Assembly (NCBI GenBank): GCA_002104905.1
Contig: MCFE01000154.1
Location: 62,001 to 126,000, forward strand
Length of the DNA stretch: 64,000 nt
From: Basidiobolus meristosporus CBS 931.73
Lineage: Eukaryota; Fungi; Basidiobolomycota
Direction of reading: 5' to 3'
The notes beneath the pieces were generated by a model. The model saw only the letters and a list, made by a program, of their open reading frames with translations, was not told the DNA's origin and ran no database searches. The translations under genes and the position numbers were made by a program. Positions 1-15,516 of this stretch are shown in pieces. The number at the start of each line of letters is the position of its first letter. Within the stretch, counting starts at the first letter, position 1.

Positions 1-2129
1 CAGTTCCTCTCAGATATCTATGCATCCGCTTAACTGCTGCAATATGATCAGATCCATAGTTCCAATAATGCTGGATGACAACTCCAACTGAATATAAGAT
101 ATCTGCACATGTTCCAGCACTACATGCATCAACCTGCCAGTTGTAGATTGATAAGGGAAGTCAGGGCTTTCAGATAGCACCAAGCACTGTTGATTTGGTG
201 GAGTATTGACCTAGTTGAGTTTGTCTCCATTGAGGTAGCTGCTGGTTTACAGTCTTCTGTATGGTACTTATTTAGTATATCTTGAACATGCTTGAACCTA
301 TCTGCCTTGCAGTATATACTATAGTCAGCATTACTCCTTTGAAACTTAAAGAATCCAAATAAGAGTCTATCTTGCAATTCCAGGTTCTGGTGATTGTTAG
401 AGACCATATAGATATTTTTTAAACTTGAAGGCCAAATGGAGTTATGTTGCTTAGCAAACCCATTAAGCTGGCTATATAAATGTCCTCACCAATTTCCCTG
501 TTCAAAATTGTAGCTTTACATCCATTTGATGTAAAAAAAACTTGTATTTTGCGGCAATAGCCATCAATTGGATGCATTAAACTTGGCTACCGGTGCAAAG
601 GTCTTAGTGTAGTCAAGTCCTTTAGTTTGAGAGTATCCTTTGGCCACAAGTTTTGCTTTGTATCTTTCAGCTGTGCCATGAGCCTTATACTTTGTCTTAA
701 ACACCATTCTGCATCCAGTTGACTTTTAGTTAATTGGCAATTTGACTAAGTCCCATGTTTGATTTTCTATCAGGGCCTGATAATGCTCAGTCATTGCAGA
801 TCTCCAAGACTTCACCTGAGAGCTATTCAGGGCCTCTTTTGCAGTCTGGGGATCATTAATAAGGACTGAATGGGTATGAGCCAAGTTTGTACCCTTATTG
901 ATATTGTAATTTGGGCTATTTCTTGTCCTGTTATATCTCAGGCATTTGGTACCAGAATGATTATTTCTATGATATTCATGTGCTTTGATACAGGTTGAAT
1001 CACAGTTGCAGTGTCATCTTGGGTGAAAAAGTTCCCATTGTTTTGCTCTGACTCAATCAAACAACACATCCCTGGACTTGATTAGCTTCTTTGCTTCGGT
1101 ATTGTAAAGTCTATATGCTTTACTCTCATTGCAATAGCCAAAAAATATGCATTTTAGACTTTTTGACTGAAGTTTTAAGTGATTTCTGGGCAGTTTCTTG
1201 GCAAATGTTGTATACCCAAATATTCCTGGGTATTCTACACTTGGTCTGTATCCATACCACGCTTCAAATGAAGTAGAATCACAAAGTATTCTGTTATTAC
1301 TCCTATTTTTAAGGTATAGAGCTACAGCAACTAATCCTACCCAAAATTCATAGGATATTTTTGATCATGGATCATGGATCTTGTCAAATCAGTTATCACT
1401 CTGTTTGCACTAACTGCTAATCCATTTTGCTGTATGGAGTATGGTACAGTAGTCTCTTGCTTTATCCGATGAATTTTGCACAAGTGGATGAAGAGTTTTG
1501 AGCTATACTTTCTACCATTGTTAGAGCATATTTTCTTGATTTCTACCTGTTTCTCTCTACACCATGACTTGAAGCTCCCTGAGCTCAGACAGAGCTTCTT
1601 CCTTTCTCTCCATGAAGTTGATCCATATGTTTCTTGTATAATCATCACTAAAAGTGATTAAATACATCATCCAACTTAACATTAAGATTTGCATAGATCC
1701 ACACAGATCTGAGTGAAGTATATCTAATTTTTTGTTAGTTTTGGTTAATTCAGAGCTCTTGAACAGTTGTCTGGCTTGTTTCCAATATATGCAGGCTTCA
1801 CAGTGCCTCAAATTAGTTGAGGAATCATTACTTACTCTGGAAATTAGCTGATCTTTGATCAGTTTGCTCAAATAATCAAAATTGATACCCTATGAATAAA
1901 ATTGTTGTGGTCTTATTTCTCTCTACAATTGTTTTGAATGGATCTGACCAGCCAGGACATCAAATTGCTGTAAATGGCAAAAATTACGATGGTATTTTAA
2001 AGGCCTGACAGTGAGATTCTGATAGCATTACAATGGTTGTATGGTGGCCTACAGCTAGTTATGTATAATGCTACCATATCAATGTACAAAATTGTATTTT
2101 CTTTTTCTACCTCCCCTGATGCAATTCAT

Positions 2130-5100
2130 ATATTCCGCTGTAAAATCACCCCTCTTTTTTTGTTTACCCACTACTACCTTGGGTATTCCATACATAGTTC
2201 AAATCAGAAAAAACTATGGCAACTTGCTTACTAACCTCTACAAATGTACACACCTGCTGCAATTGACATACTTCTATCACCTTAACTATATGGCTTTTTG
2301 GTGTGAAGCTTGCAAAGTTGCCATATACCTTGTACTGCTGGTAGCATATACATCTTGCAAACATATGCTTGGTTGTTGCCACTTCTGCCATGAATACCTC
2401 CTGAATAACTGCAAAGAACTTCTGAGTATTAGGCCAACATAATACTTCTCCCTGCTTGATTCTAGTCCCCCTTATAGGAGCACTCTAGCTCTTGTTTGTG
2501 TGAATTCTGTATTGAATGATGCAGATGTTTGCCTGTGACCACAAGAAGTCCAGCGTACCTTGGTAGGGCTTCCTAATATAATTTAGTTACTTGTTGCACC
2601 TAACCCAACTTTGCATTACTTAACTGATTACCCATGCTTTGGGGCTGCTTAGCTTCTTAATGCCATAGGCATAGGTGTCTCCATGTGCTTATCTGTTCTC
2701 AGTATTTTCCAACTCTTCCTGGCTGTTCTCCATATGCCAACTCATCACATCCATGATGGACTTGAAAGTAATATTCTTGATAAGATTGGGATGTGGTAGT
2801 AGCTGCAACTTGACTTGTCTCCTATCTCCCCACACAACTACTCCATAGGAAACTCCCAATAGGTGAAGCAAGGCCCAATATTTTCCACATGCTGTGCAAC
2901 ATGGAGTAGTGAACAGAAACAGTAGCAGCAGAGATCTAGGCATTCAGCTCTATGTTTGTAGTATAGCCACTAAAATCCTGTCACACACTCCTTGCACAAC
3001 AGTTGTAGATGTGTCAAGTTGGCATTGGTGATCTGCTTCTTGATAAATATGCCTACAATGTCCACATACAACCCCTAATGCTTCCAATGTACTCCTGGTA
3101 TAAATGTATTCTGAATGCCACTTGAATAATGACATAGCCAGTTCATCCAGTCTCTGCATTTGTATTGTAGCATATGTGTATGAATATTGAATTGAGCCTG
3201 TGAGAAGTACTTAAGGTACCAGATACTCTGTAATATCTTGCCAATTCTTTCAAATTTCTCTGGTATCACAAAGGGCTCATTTAGCTTGAAACACTCCATG
3301 TGCAACTTGGTCATCAGTATAGGGATATTGCTGAAAAGCATATTCATTGATCCTAGTGGAATGCTTTTGCCCCAACAGATACCCTTTATCTTGAGTATTT
3401 CTAATTTCCAATTTATTACATATGCCAGCCAATGGCTTAAAACTTGCCAACTTTGCTGCAATTGCATGCTGACTTCTCTATGCTCTGTCTGTGGGAATAT
3501 GATGTTCTTAGTGCTGGTGCTTGGGTAATACCAATGAGTTTAAGTTATAGAGTAAATCCTCTGGATCTCACACATTCAAAAACAATACTGTCCATTGTGC
3601 CCAGTAAAACCTGCTATCTTGCTGATGGCTGGGGTATCTCCAATGCAGATGATAATATGTGCTTTTACATGCTGGCCATTTACTGTTATCCTGCTGGAAA
3701 GCATACAAAATCAATCAGTAAAGAATACAGGTAGCTATCCAGGTTGGATGATGATATAGATTTAGATACCAGTGTGACTACCATCAGATTATTGCTCTGA
3801 TACTATAAGATGGGCTGCAGATTGGGATTGATGAGAATCAGTGGCAGGCAGGATCTGCTAGTATAGCACTTGTTTAATGAGAATCAATCAAGTGCTAAGG
3901 CAAAGGCATGGTCATGCATACCTTCAAAGTAGCCCTTGCTTCTTGGCTATTTGTATTGTATGCCATAAAATATATTGGATATGTTTGTGTTTGATTGATA
4001 CCGGATAGCTTTGCAATATTTGTTGGACTGCTATAGCTTCTTTAAATAGGATATCACCAGAATGTATCCAGAGTGCAAGCAATGTTTTCCCTCAATAGTG
4101 GTGGATTCCTGGCAACTTGGACATGATGCAATGATAGCATTTTTGGATGAGAATGCCATGCCACTGTTTACACATGCTGGAATCAGGATAGTCTCTGGAT
4201 CATATGTTGCCAGCTGCATGATGGTTGTCTACCAGTTCCACTTACATGGTAAGTTGCATCTCAGATTGTTATTAGCATGAAGTAGTAGTAGATCCCCAAA
4301 GCCCTTATTACTGATATTAGTGGAAATGCACCACTTCACAAGCCACAACACCACATCATTCAACAGTAGATGGATTATTGGGCTCACTTGGCGCCATAAA
4401 GTATCCTTGTCATTTGTTTCAATGGGTGTTGTCTCATTGCATTTTTGGATCTGACTGAGCTCATATGTGGTACTGTTGTTGGGGAGATAGGCTCACAATC
4501 CATTGGTGAACCCTCTTTGTCAGAGCTATCACTCTGTGTGCCATATTCAGAAGGTTGAGGTGAGCCTAAAGGCTTCACCAACTCACCTGATTCAGTTTGT
4601 GCAAGGTGACAAAGATGGCCAGGTGCCAATATAGAAGTATCAACAGGCTGGCAAGATATTGTTGGTACAATAGTGACTAACAGATGGTCAAATATGACTT
4701 GGGTGGCATATACTGGCCATTGTAGTGGGGTTACAGTGACACCCACTGACAGATGTGCTCATTCCCATATTTTCTATTTCTCTATTTCTCTACTACCCTT
4801 ATTTTGGTTTAATCCAATTTGTCTTACTTGATCAGTACTATCCCATAAGCTGGCTGACTATTACAGCTGCTTATCTTATTGCATAAGTTATCCCTCACTT
4901 TATGTAAGATTACTAGCTATCAGTGCTTCTATATTAGGCAAGTACCTGTGCTGGTACCCATAAAACATGACCAGTCTATGTTACACAGGTTTATATTACT
5001 GATTCCTGGTTGGTTGGATGTGCTGTGCCTCTTAGAACCTTCCAGCACCTACTTAAAACATTCTTAGGTCATTCTGGTGTCACTAAGATCTCTATTGATA

Positions 5101-5820
5101 TCTGGAACCTTTTGGAACACCATGATTAGTGATGACTTAGTCAGTAAGAAAAGTACTTAAGGGAGGCTCTCCCCAACAATAAATTAACATCCCTTTTATC
5201 AATATACCAACTTGTTGATTAGTGTGATCACTGCTACCAGCTGCTACCTGAACTTCCCACCCCAGACCACTGGACACTACCAGGAAACCATACTGACAGC
5301 CAACTGACCTTGGAGGCACTACTTGTGAGGAATACTCAGAGCAGGTATCTTTTATTATATTTGATTCTTTCCCGTTTTTGTTCTTGTGCAGGCAAAGATA
5401 CTTTTCTGTCTTTCTAACTATTAACCACAGCTGCATTCTTATCAAATCCCTGCTGGTGGAGTATACAGTTGCTTTGACTTTGGAAGCTTTGTACATTGTC
5501 ATCTCAAAGGATGCTGAACCCAGCACATACTTTTGTTAGCATGCCAACTAAATTGGGGATTGTAGCCCAATAGTTTTCCCTTGACAAGCATGTGGCTTTA
5601 TTCCCCTTCACATTAGATTAGAGACAGAACCAAAGTATTCCTAGCAAGCTTTTGCAAGAGGTTATTGCACCCAGTGAACACCCCACATACCAAACACTTG
5701 AGAAGTGTTGGATGTATCTCTCCCTTGGACTTATACACCACCACACTGTGATCCTTGTAATACTTCCCATGGTAGTTTTCTCTATTTTTACAACATTGAA
5801 TCAATGTTGTCTTGCCCATG
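2130..5820 (-). pseudogene. Family A Transposase_21-like transposase, fragmented (copy A3)
   Basis: Fragments 5613-5819, 4384-4746, 4031-4219, 3075-3467, 2689-2943 and 2164-2391 are collinear with 26138-28826. Many stops and frameshifts. Boundaries approximate. Confidence 0.8.
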
Positions 5821-7542
5821 GGGCAAACAGTCTGACATTCAACAACGTACCACTGTTATATCACTTTTTGGTCAATACTCATGTGAATTTAAGAGAGTCT
5901 TGTATTATAGACATTGCACCTAAATGAATGTAAGATCTGATGAAGACCAGCCATAGTAAGCATTATAAATAGAGTTGTGGAACCACATACACACATATAT
6001 ATAACACTATTTCCCCTTTGGTTTGACTCAGTTCCAAATATATACCGCCAAAAATAAAGCAAAGTTATCTGGTTCCCAACCAAACCTCACCACTGATGGC
6101 AACAAAAGAGTAGCTGGACAATAGCTTGCTCTGTCATTCAGAGCAGCAAGTAGGTCTACATCCAAAAAAGGCCTTGTTCACAGTGTGCACATTGAAGGTA
6201 ATAATGTGGACTCCTCAGGCTCTCTGTCAAGTAGGCAATTGAGAGCCCCTGTGGAGCCACAAGCTGACTTTCATGCCCAGGCAGATGAGAATGTTGCAAA
6301 CTCAGAACCCTCAGTTGAAGACCAGCAAGTAGCCATCATATCATTGCCCCCACCTATGTTAGCAATTATGTTGTCAGCTCATTCTGAAGCATCAATGAAG
6401 CAATTAGGTGCAGTGGCTGATAGGTTACATGTGATGACCCAGAGAAATCAGGTAACAGTCCAGAAACAGGATGAGCAGATAATATATGTAAAGCAATCAA
6501 TATCCCAGGAAGAGAAAGCAGCATCTTTGCTGCAAAGAAGAAACCCAAGTAGCTCAATGTCTCAGCCAAGAATTGAGCCAGTTCCCAATGTAACAGCAGA
6601 GGAACACCATACAGTATTTGAAGCACAACAACAGTGCCCAAAGATAAAGCCCACAGAAAAACCTATCACAGCATGGGAGGGAAATAATGTAGTGTTTATT
6701 TCCAAAGCCTAAAAAGCAAGACATATTGAAGATCTGTGAAGCCATTGAGTGCAATAATAAAGATTGGGCTAGTAGTCAAGAGGTCATCAGAAGTCTAGCA
6801 TGCCATCACCTTAAGGCCGGCATACCATTGAACCATCAGGAACTAAAGGTTGAGCAGAATGTGCTTAACTTGTTCCATGAGCATTATCCTGGATTCAAAT
6901 GAGCAAATGGATTTTGGGCCAGCATGGTATGCTAAGAAAGTACCTCAAGAATAGTGGAAGCTATCAAAGGCAGGAGAACAAAGGTGCCATGGCTAAAAAT
7001 CAGCAGCTTCCTTAAGAGCCTGTTACAAGTAGGGCCAAAAGCTCCAGACAAGCATCAAAGGGATGTCAGGTAGCTGGAAGAGTGCCAACTAATGCTACAA
7101 GCCCAGTGTCATGATCACATGACATCCCTGGTCTCCAATTATCTAGCCAATTCAAGTCAGTGAAGATATCCCAGTTCCTCCTAGAAAGTTCTACTACATT
7201 CTAGCAACTTCTTGAAAGCTCCAAGTCAATGTTACACAACAGAACATTCTATGGAAACTTACCATTAGAGTCTATGTAGTCCCATGCCATGTAAGGTAAC
7301 TACATGTCACATGACCTAGTCCCATGATCAGCTGATCCCTGACATACCTCCATGTGATATTCCAGTCTGTTCTTTAGTATATTTTATCTTGGCACACTCA
7401 CTGTGCCTCACCCCAGAACCCCATCAGTATTAGCCAATATCTCTTGGCATCCATATTGCCAAAAAGTATATATAGTCCTATCCCCCCTTATGTATTCCTC
7501 AGTCTGATAAACACAGGTCTTGAATAAACAGCCTTGCCTTGG

Positions 7543-7910
7543 TGTTACAAGTCTTGATATAAGAGTTGTAGAGGAATAGGGAGTTTAGCTAATATTGTAT
7601 TCACTAAAACTTGAACTGATTTTTATTGAGGTTCCTGCAGCTCCTTATATACATTTTGCCAGATCAATTGCTGACTAATTGTACTTCCTAATGTAGGTTG
7701 TGGCTGATGACTCATTTGATTGCATCATCATCACCCAATAAGATCCTACTTAATATATCTATTTCTGTCTGATAAGGATCTGCTGATTCATTTGCTGACT
7801 AATGCTACTGAGTTCATAGATAATACTGATATACTGATAACCTAAACATATATTAATTGATTTGACTAAAAACTGATCTAACTTAAACATTCAAGCAGCA
7901 GATCATAACA
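7543..7910 (-). repeat. 3' LTR of Gypsy D
   Basis: Direct repeat of 15517-15884 with TG..CA ends. Confidence 0.95.
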
Positions 7911-8769
7911 TTCTCCCCTACTAAAGTTCAGAGGGTTCTCCTGAATCTCTTTTCTTGTGATACCAATATCTTGATGGTTCAGTATTATCAGCAAGTCTTG
8001 CAAGCTTGAGTCTGTCCCTATGCACTAGACCTGTTCCATTGTACCGTGCCAGGGTGCGCGGCGCAATCCGCGGTTGCAAAGAACAATTGGGCGCGATATT
8101 ATAGCTACCAGAAGGCAGGATCGTTCATGGACAATTTCGCACTATGCGGGACGATCTTGCACACTATGGCACAATCTGACACAATGAGGTTGGCGCGGAT
8201 GATCGCGCCAACTTGTAATGCTTGCATCACGTGCGCGATTGGATACCGCTATAATGGCAGGTAAAATCCGGTATTTGGATATGTTTCTTTAATGTAAATG
8301 GAAATAAATGTGTATCACACTATAAACTACACTGATACTTACCATTTTGGTTACCCTCACTCCAATTGGACGGTATCTCAGTGGTTAATTGGTCCAAAAG
8401 TATCCTGAAGCTGGCAGCCCCCAATTGGCTCATTGACTACTGAAAAAGCGACCTGATTTGCCATCAAATATCCCATTTTGCCCATTGAGCAAGTAAATCC
8501 CTGATCCTAGTGATTGGGCAAGGTGTCATAGCTAGCACGCAAGCAATTGTGTAGGTGCAAAACAGATCCAATAGCTGCACTGGTATTACAGATGACATAT
8601 ATATATGCAGGGTATTTATTTATAGGGGTTCTGTCTCAAATGTGAGACGACCTTGATATTACTTATATCAAAAATTTGATGATCACTGATTTGCAATGGC
8701 TTGATTTGGATCGCAAAAAAAAAGGGTTGTCGGGATCATTACAAATGTGAGCGATTCAAAGCAATCGCA

Positions 8770-10002
8770 TCATCTTCTCCTGGGTTTTTTTCTCACAGGG
8801 ATTACTACTGAAGCATTTGGTAGTGACTCACTTTGCAAACCTATACTACTTCCTGGCTGACTATCATCTTGGCTACTTGTGTATTTGTAGTCAGTACTTT
8901 GCCTCCTAGTTGATGAGTGCAATGCTGCAGCTTGGCCGCGCCGAATTGCTCCAACTGAACCAACTGAACCAGCCTGTAGTGCCACGCGCTAACGCGTTCT
9001 TTTACTTGCCAAGGGCTCCGGTGGTTGAGTCACTTCATGTTGGTCATCATCAGTCAGTTCACCAGAAGTAACTCGCTGATGGTCAGGCAAAACGGCATGC
9101 GCAGGTGCGCCTTGACGCGTTGAGATGGCCCTTGGCTGAGTTTGATGTGATGCCGCATGTTGACGTGACTTGGTCCGCTCCAATGGACTTGTGTCTAAAT
9201 GAGCAGTTTGGCAAGTTCTGGTAGTTTTGCTCTGAAGCGCGCGCGTTGACTTGACGCGGGGCGTTCTGATAAAGGGTGTTGGCGTAGTCTGGACTGACGT
9301 GCGCCGGCGCGCTGTGGTTGCAAGAGATGGTAGGGAATCCAGCAAGGCGTGCTGGCACGATCTGGACGATGTTGCTTGCGGTCTGTATTCTTCCTCCTGA
9401 AGCTCACCATCTGATTCCTCAAGGTATTCACTTACCCTCTGTCTGATACTTTGGAGCTGTTGCCTGGATGAGTCCTGTGTATATTGCTCTCGGAAGCCAC
9501 TTAGCTCTACTAATATATCACATAGTACATTAGTCATTTGAGGCAAAAACTCATTCAAAATCTCTTTGGTTCCCAAAGTTGAGGCACAAACGGACGCGTC
9601 CGGCCCGTACTGTGCAAATTGCGCGCAAAACTGTTCCCGCGCGGCTTCCTTGTCAAATCCCCTCACTCTCAGCTCATTCTTGATTTCAATACTTGTCTTG
9701 TTATATATCTTTTTACATACATCGGCTGGCATCTTGATGTAGAACTCATGCCACAGCTTTTTACTCAAATTCTTCCATCTTTGTCGACTCTCTGAGGTAT
9801 CTAGTTCTGCTAGATTAATCAGTAGTGCCCAAATATCTGTATGAAGGCTCATCATAGACACTTGGGCCATACTAAAATCATTTGGCGAGAACTCGAACGG
9901 ATCTGACATTGACTTTTCCGGTCCGGACCGCGCTTGTGAGCTGGGGGATGGGTTTTGTCTGGGTTGTACTAAAGATGAGTTGAGGCTTGGTATGGGGACC
10001 AT
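8770..10002 (-). pseudogene. Pangu-like ORF2 (accessory, probably DNA-binding), premature stop at 8989
   Basis: Near-identical to the intact 30079-31326 ORF. CAG>TAG splits it into 337 + 71 aa, and it lacks a 5-aa segment present in copy 2. Confidence 0.85.
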
Positions 10003-10361
10003 AGCAATGGATTTGGATACTTATACAGTAGTATATTGGCATCAACCTGGTCTTATATGAAATATATATGAAAACTAAAGTGATTGTTGAATTTTCCATA
10101 TGTTATGCATGATGAATCTCGGATTGCGTTGACATGGATCAGATCACATCAATCGCAGATTTCCTATTTGATTATAGACCTATGATTAAAGCATCAATAA
10201 AAGTACCAAGGCATTGTTTGCGGATGATTTTTGCGACATAATGATGGGATACATGGCAATTGATGGAGATTTAACCATAATGTGTTAAAAATCAGATAAA
10301 TAACGCAGATTGCGCCGAATCAATTCAAACCGCCTCCATACAATCATCCATCAATTTTAAT

Positions 10362-11246
10362 ATGACTTACTCATCAGAATGGTCTTTTCTCATCAATCCC
10401 ATCACTACCACTGGATTTCCTTTTGACACACTGGAGGAGATCTATTCCAAGTACTGTGGACCATCAACCCCAATCTACTCAAGGAGATCCCTTGTTAAGC
10501 TTCTCTGCTATTACAAGAACTATTGCCCTACAAGGTTTCATCCCACCATCCATGGCAACAAAAGTCCTAGAAGCTTTCATTCCCAGCTGACAGCAATGGA
10601 GAACCACCTTGCAGAGGGTATGAATGACTTAGAGCAAGCTTGGAATACTAGGTTCAGAAGCTCCAATAGACTTCCATATCCCAGAGTGTTCAGCAACAGG
10701 TTCCAAATCAGGAGTATTTTGGATACCTTCCCAGTGAGGATTAACAGACCTTCTAGAGGGCAGAGGCACTTCTATTCTGGCAAGTACAAGGCACACTGTG
10801 TGAAGTTTCAAGCACTGTCTGACATTGAGGGTAACATCATCTGGTTTAGTGGGCCATTTGCTGGAAGTAGGCATGACAAAGCACTCTGAGTAGAGAATCA
10901 TCCTGAATTCAGTAGAGGGGAGAAATGTATGGCAGACTTGGCCTATATAGGAGAGGATTGTCAGAGATTAGGATGTATTACAGCTTATAGGAAGCCAAGG
11001 AATGGTGTGCTTAGCAGGAAGCAGAAGCTCTACAATGAGATATTTAATCATTTCAGAGTAAGGGTAGAGCACACATTTGGATATCTGAAGAGATTCAGCA
11101 TATTGGCAGGTAAATACAGAGGAAAGTCATATATAGGTGAAAACAGCAGAATAGGTAAAATAGTTAAGATACTTATTAATGCACAGTATGTTCATACAAG
11201 AAGACATCCACTGAGAGAAATGTGTCTGGAGCATTATGAAGAGTAA
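10362..11246 (+). pseudogene. DDE_Tnp_4-type transposase with a TGG>TGA nonsense codon at 10887-10889
   Basis: Near-identical to 31686-32570, but HDKAL* replaces HDKALW. Confidence 0.92.
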
Positions 11247-14200
11247 ATAAAGCAAGGAAAGCACTATTCTGAGCAACATAAGTAAGATTGAGTAAAATTA
11301 CCAGTAACTGTATCATACCACTGGCATCATGGTAGAAATTATAGTGCCAGATGGTGCCGTAGAGTGCCAGATCAATCCAGCACTATAAACTGGCTGGCAC
11401 TATGTGGCACTATCCAACGGAACAAGTCTACTAAGTCTTCCTGGATATTGCCTTGTTTGTGCACCAGTTGGTAAGTTGCAAATGGACATTCTCTGATGAT
11501 CTTGAATGGTCCTGTCCATTGTGGCTCAAACTTCTTCCAAGTGTTGTTTCTTAGCAATACATAGTTCCCAACTGTCAATGCTTCTGGTGCTATAGTCTTA
11601 TCAAATCTCTGCTTCATCTTTTCTGCACTTTGAGATACTTTGGTCTGTGCCTCTTGACGTCTTTGTTCCAGTTACTGGTGTCTACTTGGCTGACTGAGTT
11701 CATCTTCTAAGGTGTCTGTAAGTTTTGGTTAGGTGAGATCTCCTGGAATCCTTGGCTCACTTCCATAAACTAAGTAAAATGGTGATTGCTGGGTGGTGTT
11801 GTGTACTCTGACTCTGCATGCAAAGAGTGCTTGCTCTATATACTCATCCCATCTACTGACAACTCCATTTGCATACTTGGTCAGCATTTTTCCAAATAAT
11901 CCATTAAACCGCTCAGTGACTCCATTAGTTCTGGGGTGATATGCCAGGTTTTCAAGTGTCTGATCTGCTGCATTTCCAGGTAAGCCTCTAATGTCTTTGC
12001 CATAAAGTTTGCACCTCTATCTGATAAGATCTCCGCAGGGCATCCAAACTTCATCAGGATCTTGTGGTAAATGAAACTTGCAACTTGTTGTTCACTGGCT
12101 ATTGGTACAGCTTTAGCAACTGGCCATTTAGTGGCATGGTCAATAGCTACTAGGATCCAGCGGTTGCATTTCCTGGTAGTTGGCAGTCTTCCAATAAAGT
12201 TCAATTCCCCATCTCTCAAATGGTCTCACAGGCTCCAAAGGGAAGAGTTTGGCAATTCTTTGTGGCTGGCCTTGATTGATTTGGCAGTTTGGTCATGTTT
12301 TCACTAGCTTCTCAATATCTTGTTTCATTCTGGGCCACCATGCTCTGGCTTTCACAAGGCTATAGGTTCCTTCAATCCCAAGATGTCCATATCCATTGTG
12401 TAGCTTATGTATTAAATCCAGGCGAGAAACATAAGGGCAATAGGCAATAGGCTTCCATCAACAATTCGGTAGAGTGTTTCATCCTGTCCTACAAATTTGC
12501 TAGCTTCATCACAGATTATCTTCTTGATATCTTCATCCACCTCATTAGGAATGGCTTGGTCCTCCAAGTACTTTGGTAATAGGCTAGGCCAATCTGATTC
12601 ATGCACCAAGTTGAGTTGTGCAACTTGATCTAATCTTGATAAGGCATCAGCGACTGTGTTGTTTTTTCCAGGGCAGTAGACAATCTCCAAGTCAAATTGC
12701 TGATTGTATTCACTCCATCTTGTCATTCTTCTAGAGAGTACCTTCTGAGTAAATATATACTTGAGGGAGGCATGATCAGTCTTCACAGTGCATTTGACTC
12801 CTTCAATATAGCATCCCCATGTCTTCAAATAGTGCATTATAGCAAGCATCTCCTTCTCATGGACTGGATAGTTTTGTTCTGCTGAGTTCAGTTTCTTTGA
12901 TTCAAAGGCAACAGGGTAGTCCTTTCCCTCATGTTCTTGGCTCAGCACTCCACCAATTGCATAATCTCAAGCATCTGTGCACAGAGTGAACTCTTTTCTG
13001 AAGTCTGGTATTCTTAAGCTTGGCAGCTTAGCAAGTTCATTCTTGAGCGTCTGGAAGGCAGTCTCACAAGCTATGTCCCACTTGTAGGTATTGTCTTTCT
13101 TGAGGATATCAGTTAAAGGGGCTGCAATACTTGCAAAAGACTTGACAAATCTCCAATAATAGGAAACCATTCCAAGGAATGATTTGAGTTCTGATATGCT
13201 ATGGGGCTGCTTCAAATTCTTGATAACTTCAACCTTCTTAGGGTCTAAGGTCACTCCTGTGATAGTTACTACGTGTCCCAGGTATTCAACATGTTCCTTG
13301 AAGAATTCACACTTGGCTAGCTTGCCATATAGCTTATTCTCTCTTAGTTTCTTCATGACCTTTTCAATGTGCACCATGTGATCCTTTTCTGTCTTGCTCT
13401 ATATCAATATGTCATCCAGGTAGATTATCACAAACTTGTCTAAATACTCCTGAAAGACAGTCTGCATCAGCGTCATGAATATTGCAGGGGCATTAGTGAG
13501 GCAAAAACTCATGACTAAGTACCTGTAATGTCCATATCTGGTCCTGAATGCTGTCTTAGGGATATCTTCTGGTTTCACCCTAATCTGGTTGTATCCTGAC
13601 AAGAGGTCAATCTTGCTGAAAATAGTGGCTCCATTAAGTTGGTCAAAAGCTCATCAATCCAAGGTATGGGGTACTTATTCTTGACGGTAACTGAGTTCAG
13701 GGCTCTGTAGTCAATGCACATCCTAAGTGTTCCATCCTTCTTTTTCACAAAAAGCACTGGTGCTCCCCAGGGTGACTTGCTGGGCCTGATGTATCCTTCC
13801 TCCAATAGCTGATCAATTTGTCTCTTCATTTCATCCAATTCCAATGGACTCATTCTGTAAGGTGTCTTGCTCACTGGAGGGCTATCTCCTGTGTCAATGG
13901 CATGATCCATGTCTCTGACTGGTGGTAGGCTTACAAGCTCATCTGGAAACATGTCTGAATATTTCTTCAAGAGAGTCTAGACCTGCCAGGGTGCAGGGGT
14001 AGAGGAATCCTCCTGTAAAACCACCATGAGGAACATCTGAGTACCTTTTCTAAGCACTCTACAGAACTGGGTCTTGCTAAGTTCACTTGTCTCACACATA
14101 CTGGAATTGACCAAGTTAAAATCCAGCCTGGCAGGTAATAGCTCATAGGTCTTGTTGTCTTTTTGGATCTGAGTAGCATGGGTTCTCCAGTTGATTGATG

Positions 14201-15516
14201 GATTACAACAAAATAGCCAGGTTTTTCCAAGTACAAGGTCAAACTTGCAGTTCCCAAATATATAAGCCTGTAGGTCTTCTTCATAGTCATTGATCTTCAT
14301 TCTTACTGGCTGAGTAATACGGTTGATTATATGAGAGTTCCCATCAGCTGTTGAGACTGAAGTTGATTTGGTAGGTTCTGAGTTGATCCCAGCTTTCAAG
14401 GCAAATTGCTCCAACATGTACTCATGCAATGCTCCTGAGTCAATCATGATCTTGGCAGGTACTCCATTGATTACTCCATTCAAATTTAATAGCATTCCTG
14501 AGTTTGAGGTCATCTGGGATAGGTATTCTTCTGTCATGTGGAAGGTGAGTTCTGAGTCTTCTTCAAGCTCATCATTCATGTTACTATGCTCCATGGCCTC
14601 AATATGGTTAAAGGTTCTTGATGGCTGGTGTCCATTTCTTCTCTGAGGGCAGTACTTTGCAATATGTCCTTGCTGGTGGCAATTGAAGCAAAGCCCTTTC
14701 TTCTTACATTCTTCCAAGGCAGGATTCTTCTGCAAAGCATCTATTTCCATTGGTACTGCTTCTGACTGTCTTCTTTCATAATGATTGTAACCTTTCTGAT
14801 TAGACACTGCAGGCTTCCCAACTCCAAACATAGCTGAGTCATAGTCAATGGCAATCTTGATGGCTTCTTCAATAGTCTGAGGTCTTTGGTAATTCACTTC
14901 CTTGCAAGTTCTTTCTTTCAACCCATCAATAAAGTATTCAACTTGATCCAAGGGGTCCATTCTTTCAATTTGTCCAAGTAGACATCTGTACTCATAGATG
15001 TATTCTTGCACCATTCCTTTCTATCTGAGTATCTTTAACTTCCTTCTTAGTAGTGTCTGCTGGTGTGGAGGTTCAAAAGCATCCTGAATTTCCAACACAA
15101 ACTCATCCCAGGTAGAGATTGTAGAGCATCCCATCATAGTGGCCAACCTGATCTTGTTGTGGTACCACTGTAAAGCTGCATCTGCCAGGTAAGAAGCTGC
15201 ATAATGCAACTTGCTTTCTGGAGCAATTCCTTTAGCTTTAAAAGCTTCTTCAATCTGAAAGAGCCAAGTCCCCCGGTTTTCATTGACTCTGCCATGGTAC
15301 CGGTTGACCTCCACACTAAAGTTGCTCTTAACAGGGCATTGCTGGTTCTGAGCCATGGTAGTCATTCCTTGTTGTTGTTGGCTGAGGATCTGGAGTAACT
15401 GTTGCTGTTGGTCCAGGATTTGCTGCATGGTATTCTTCCATTCTTGATTGTCCAACATCTTGAGGGTGGTTTCTTCTTTCTTCAGGAGGGAGGTTTCTGA
15501 TTATTGCTGCTACCAA

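Larger units (their letters stand above)
8027..11429 (+). mobile_element. PIF/Harbinger-superfamily (PHIS, Pangu-like) DNA transposon, copy 1 (inactivated)
   Basis: Imperfect TIRs AGACCTGTTCCAT.. / ..GGAACAAGTCT, with a 3-bp TSD ACT (8024-8026, 11430-11432). The empty site restores the Gypsy integrase tail EDLVHRDRLK. Two divergent ORFs. Confidence 0.92.

Noticed and set aside
8046-8264. 72-77 aa ORF at the left end of both Pangu-like copies (also 29340-29573)
   Set aside because: It has a non-ATG start, overlaps the TIR and subterminal CpG motifs, and shows no recognisable domain. It is kept only because the copies are recent.
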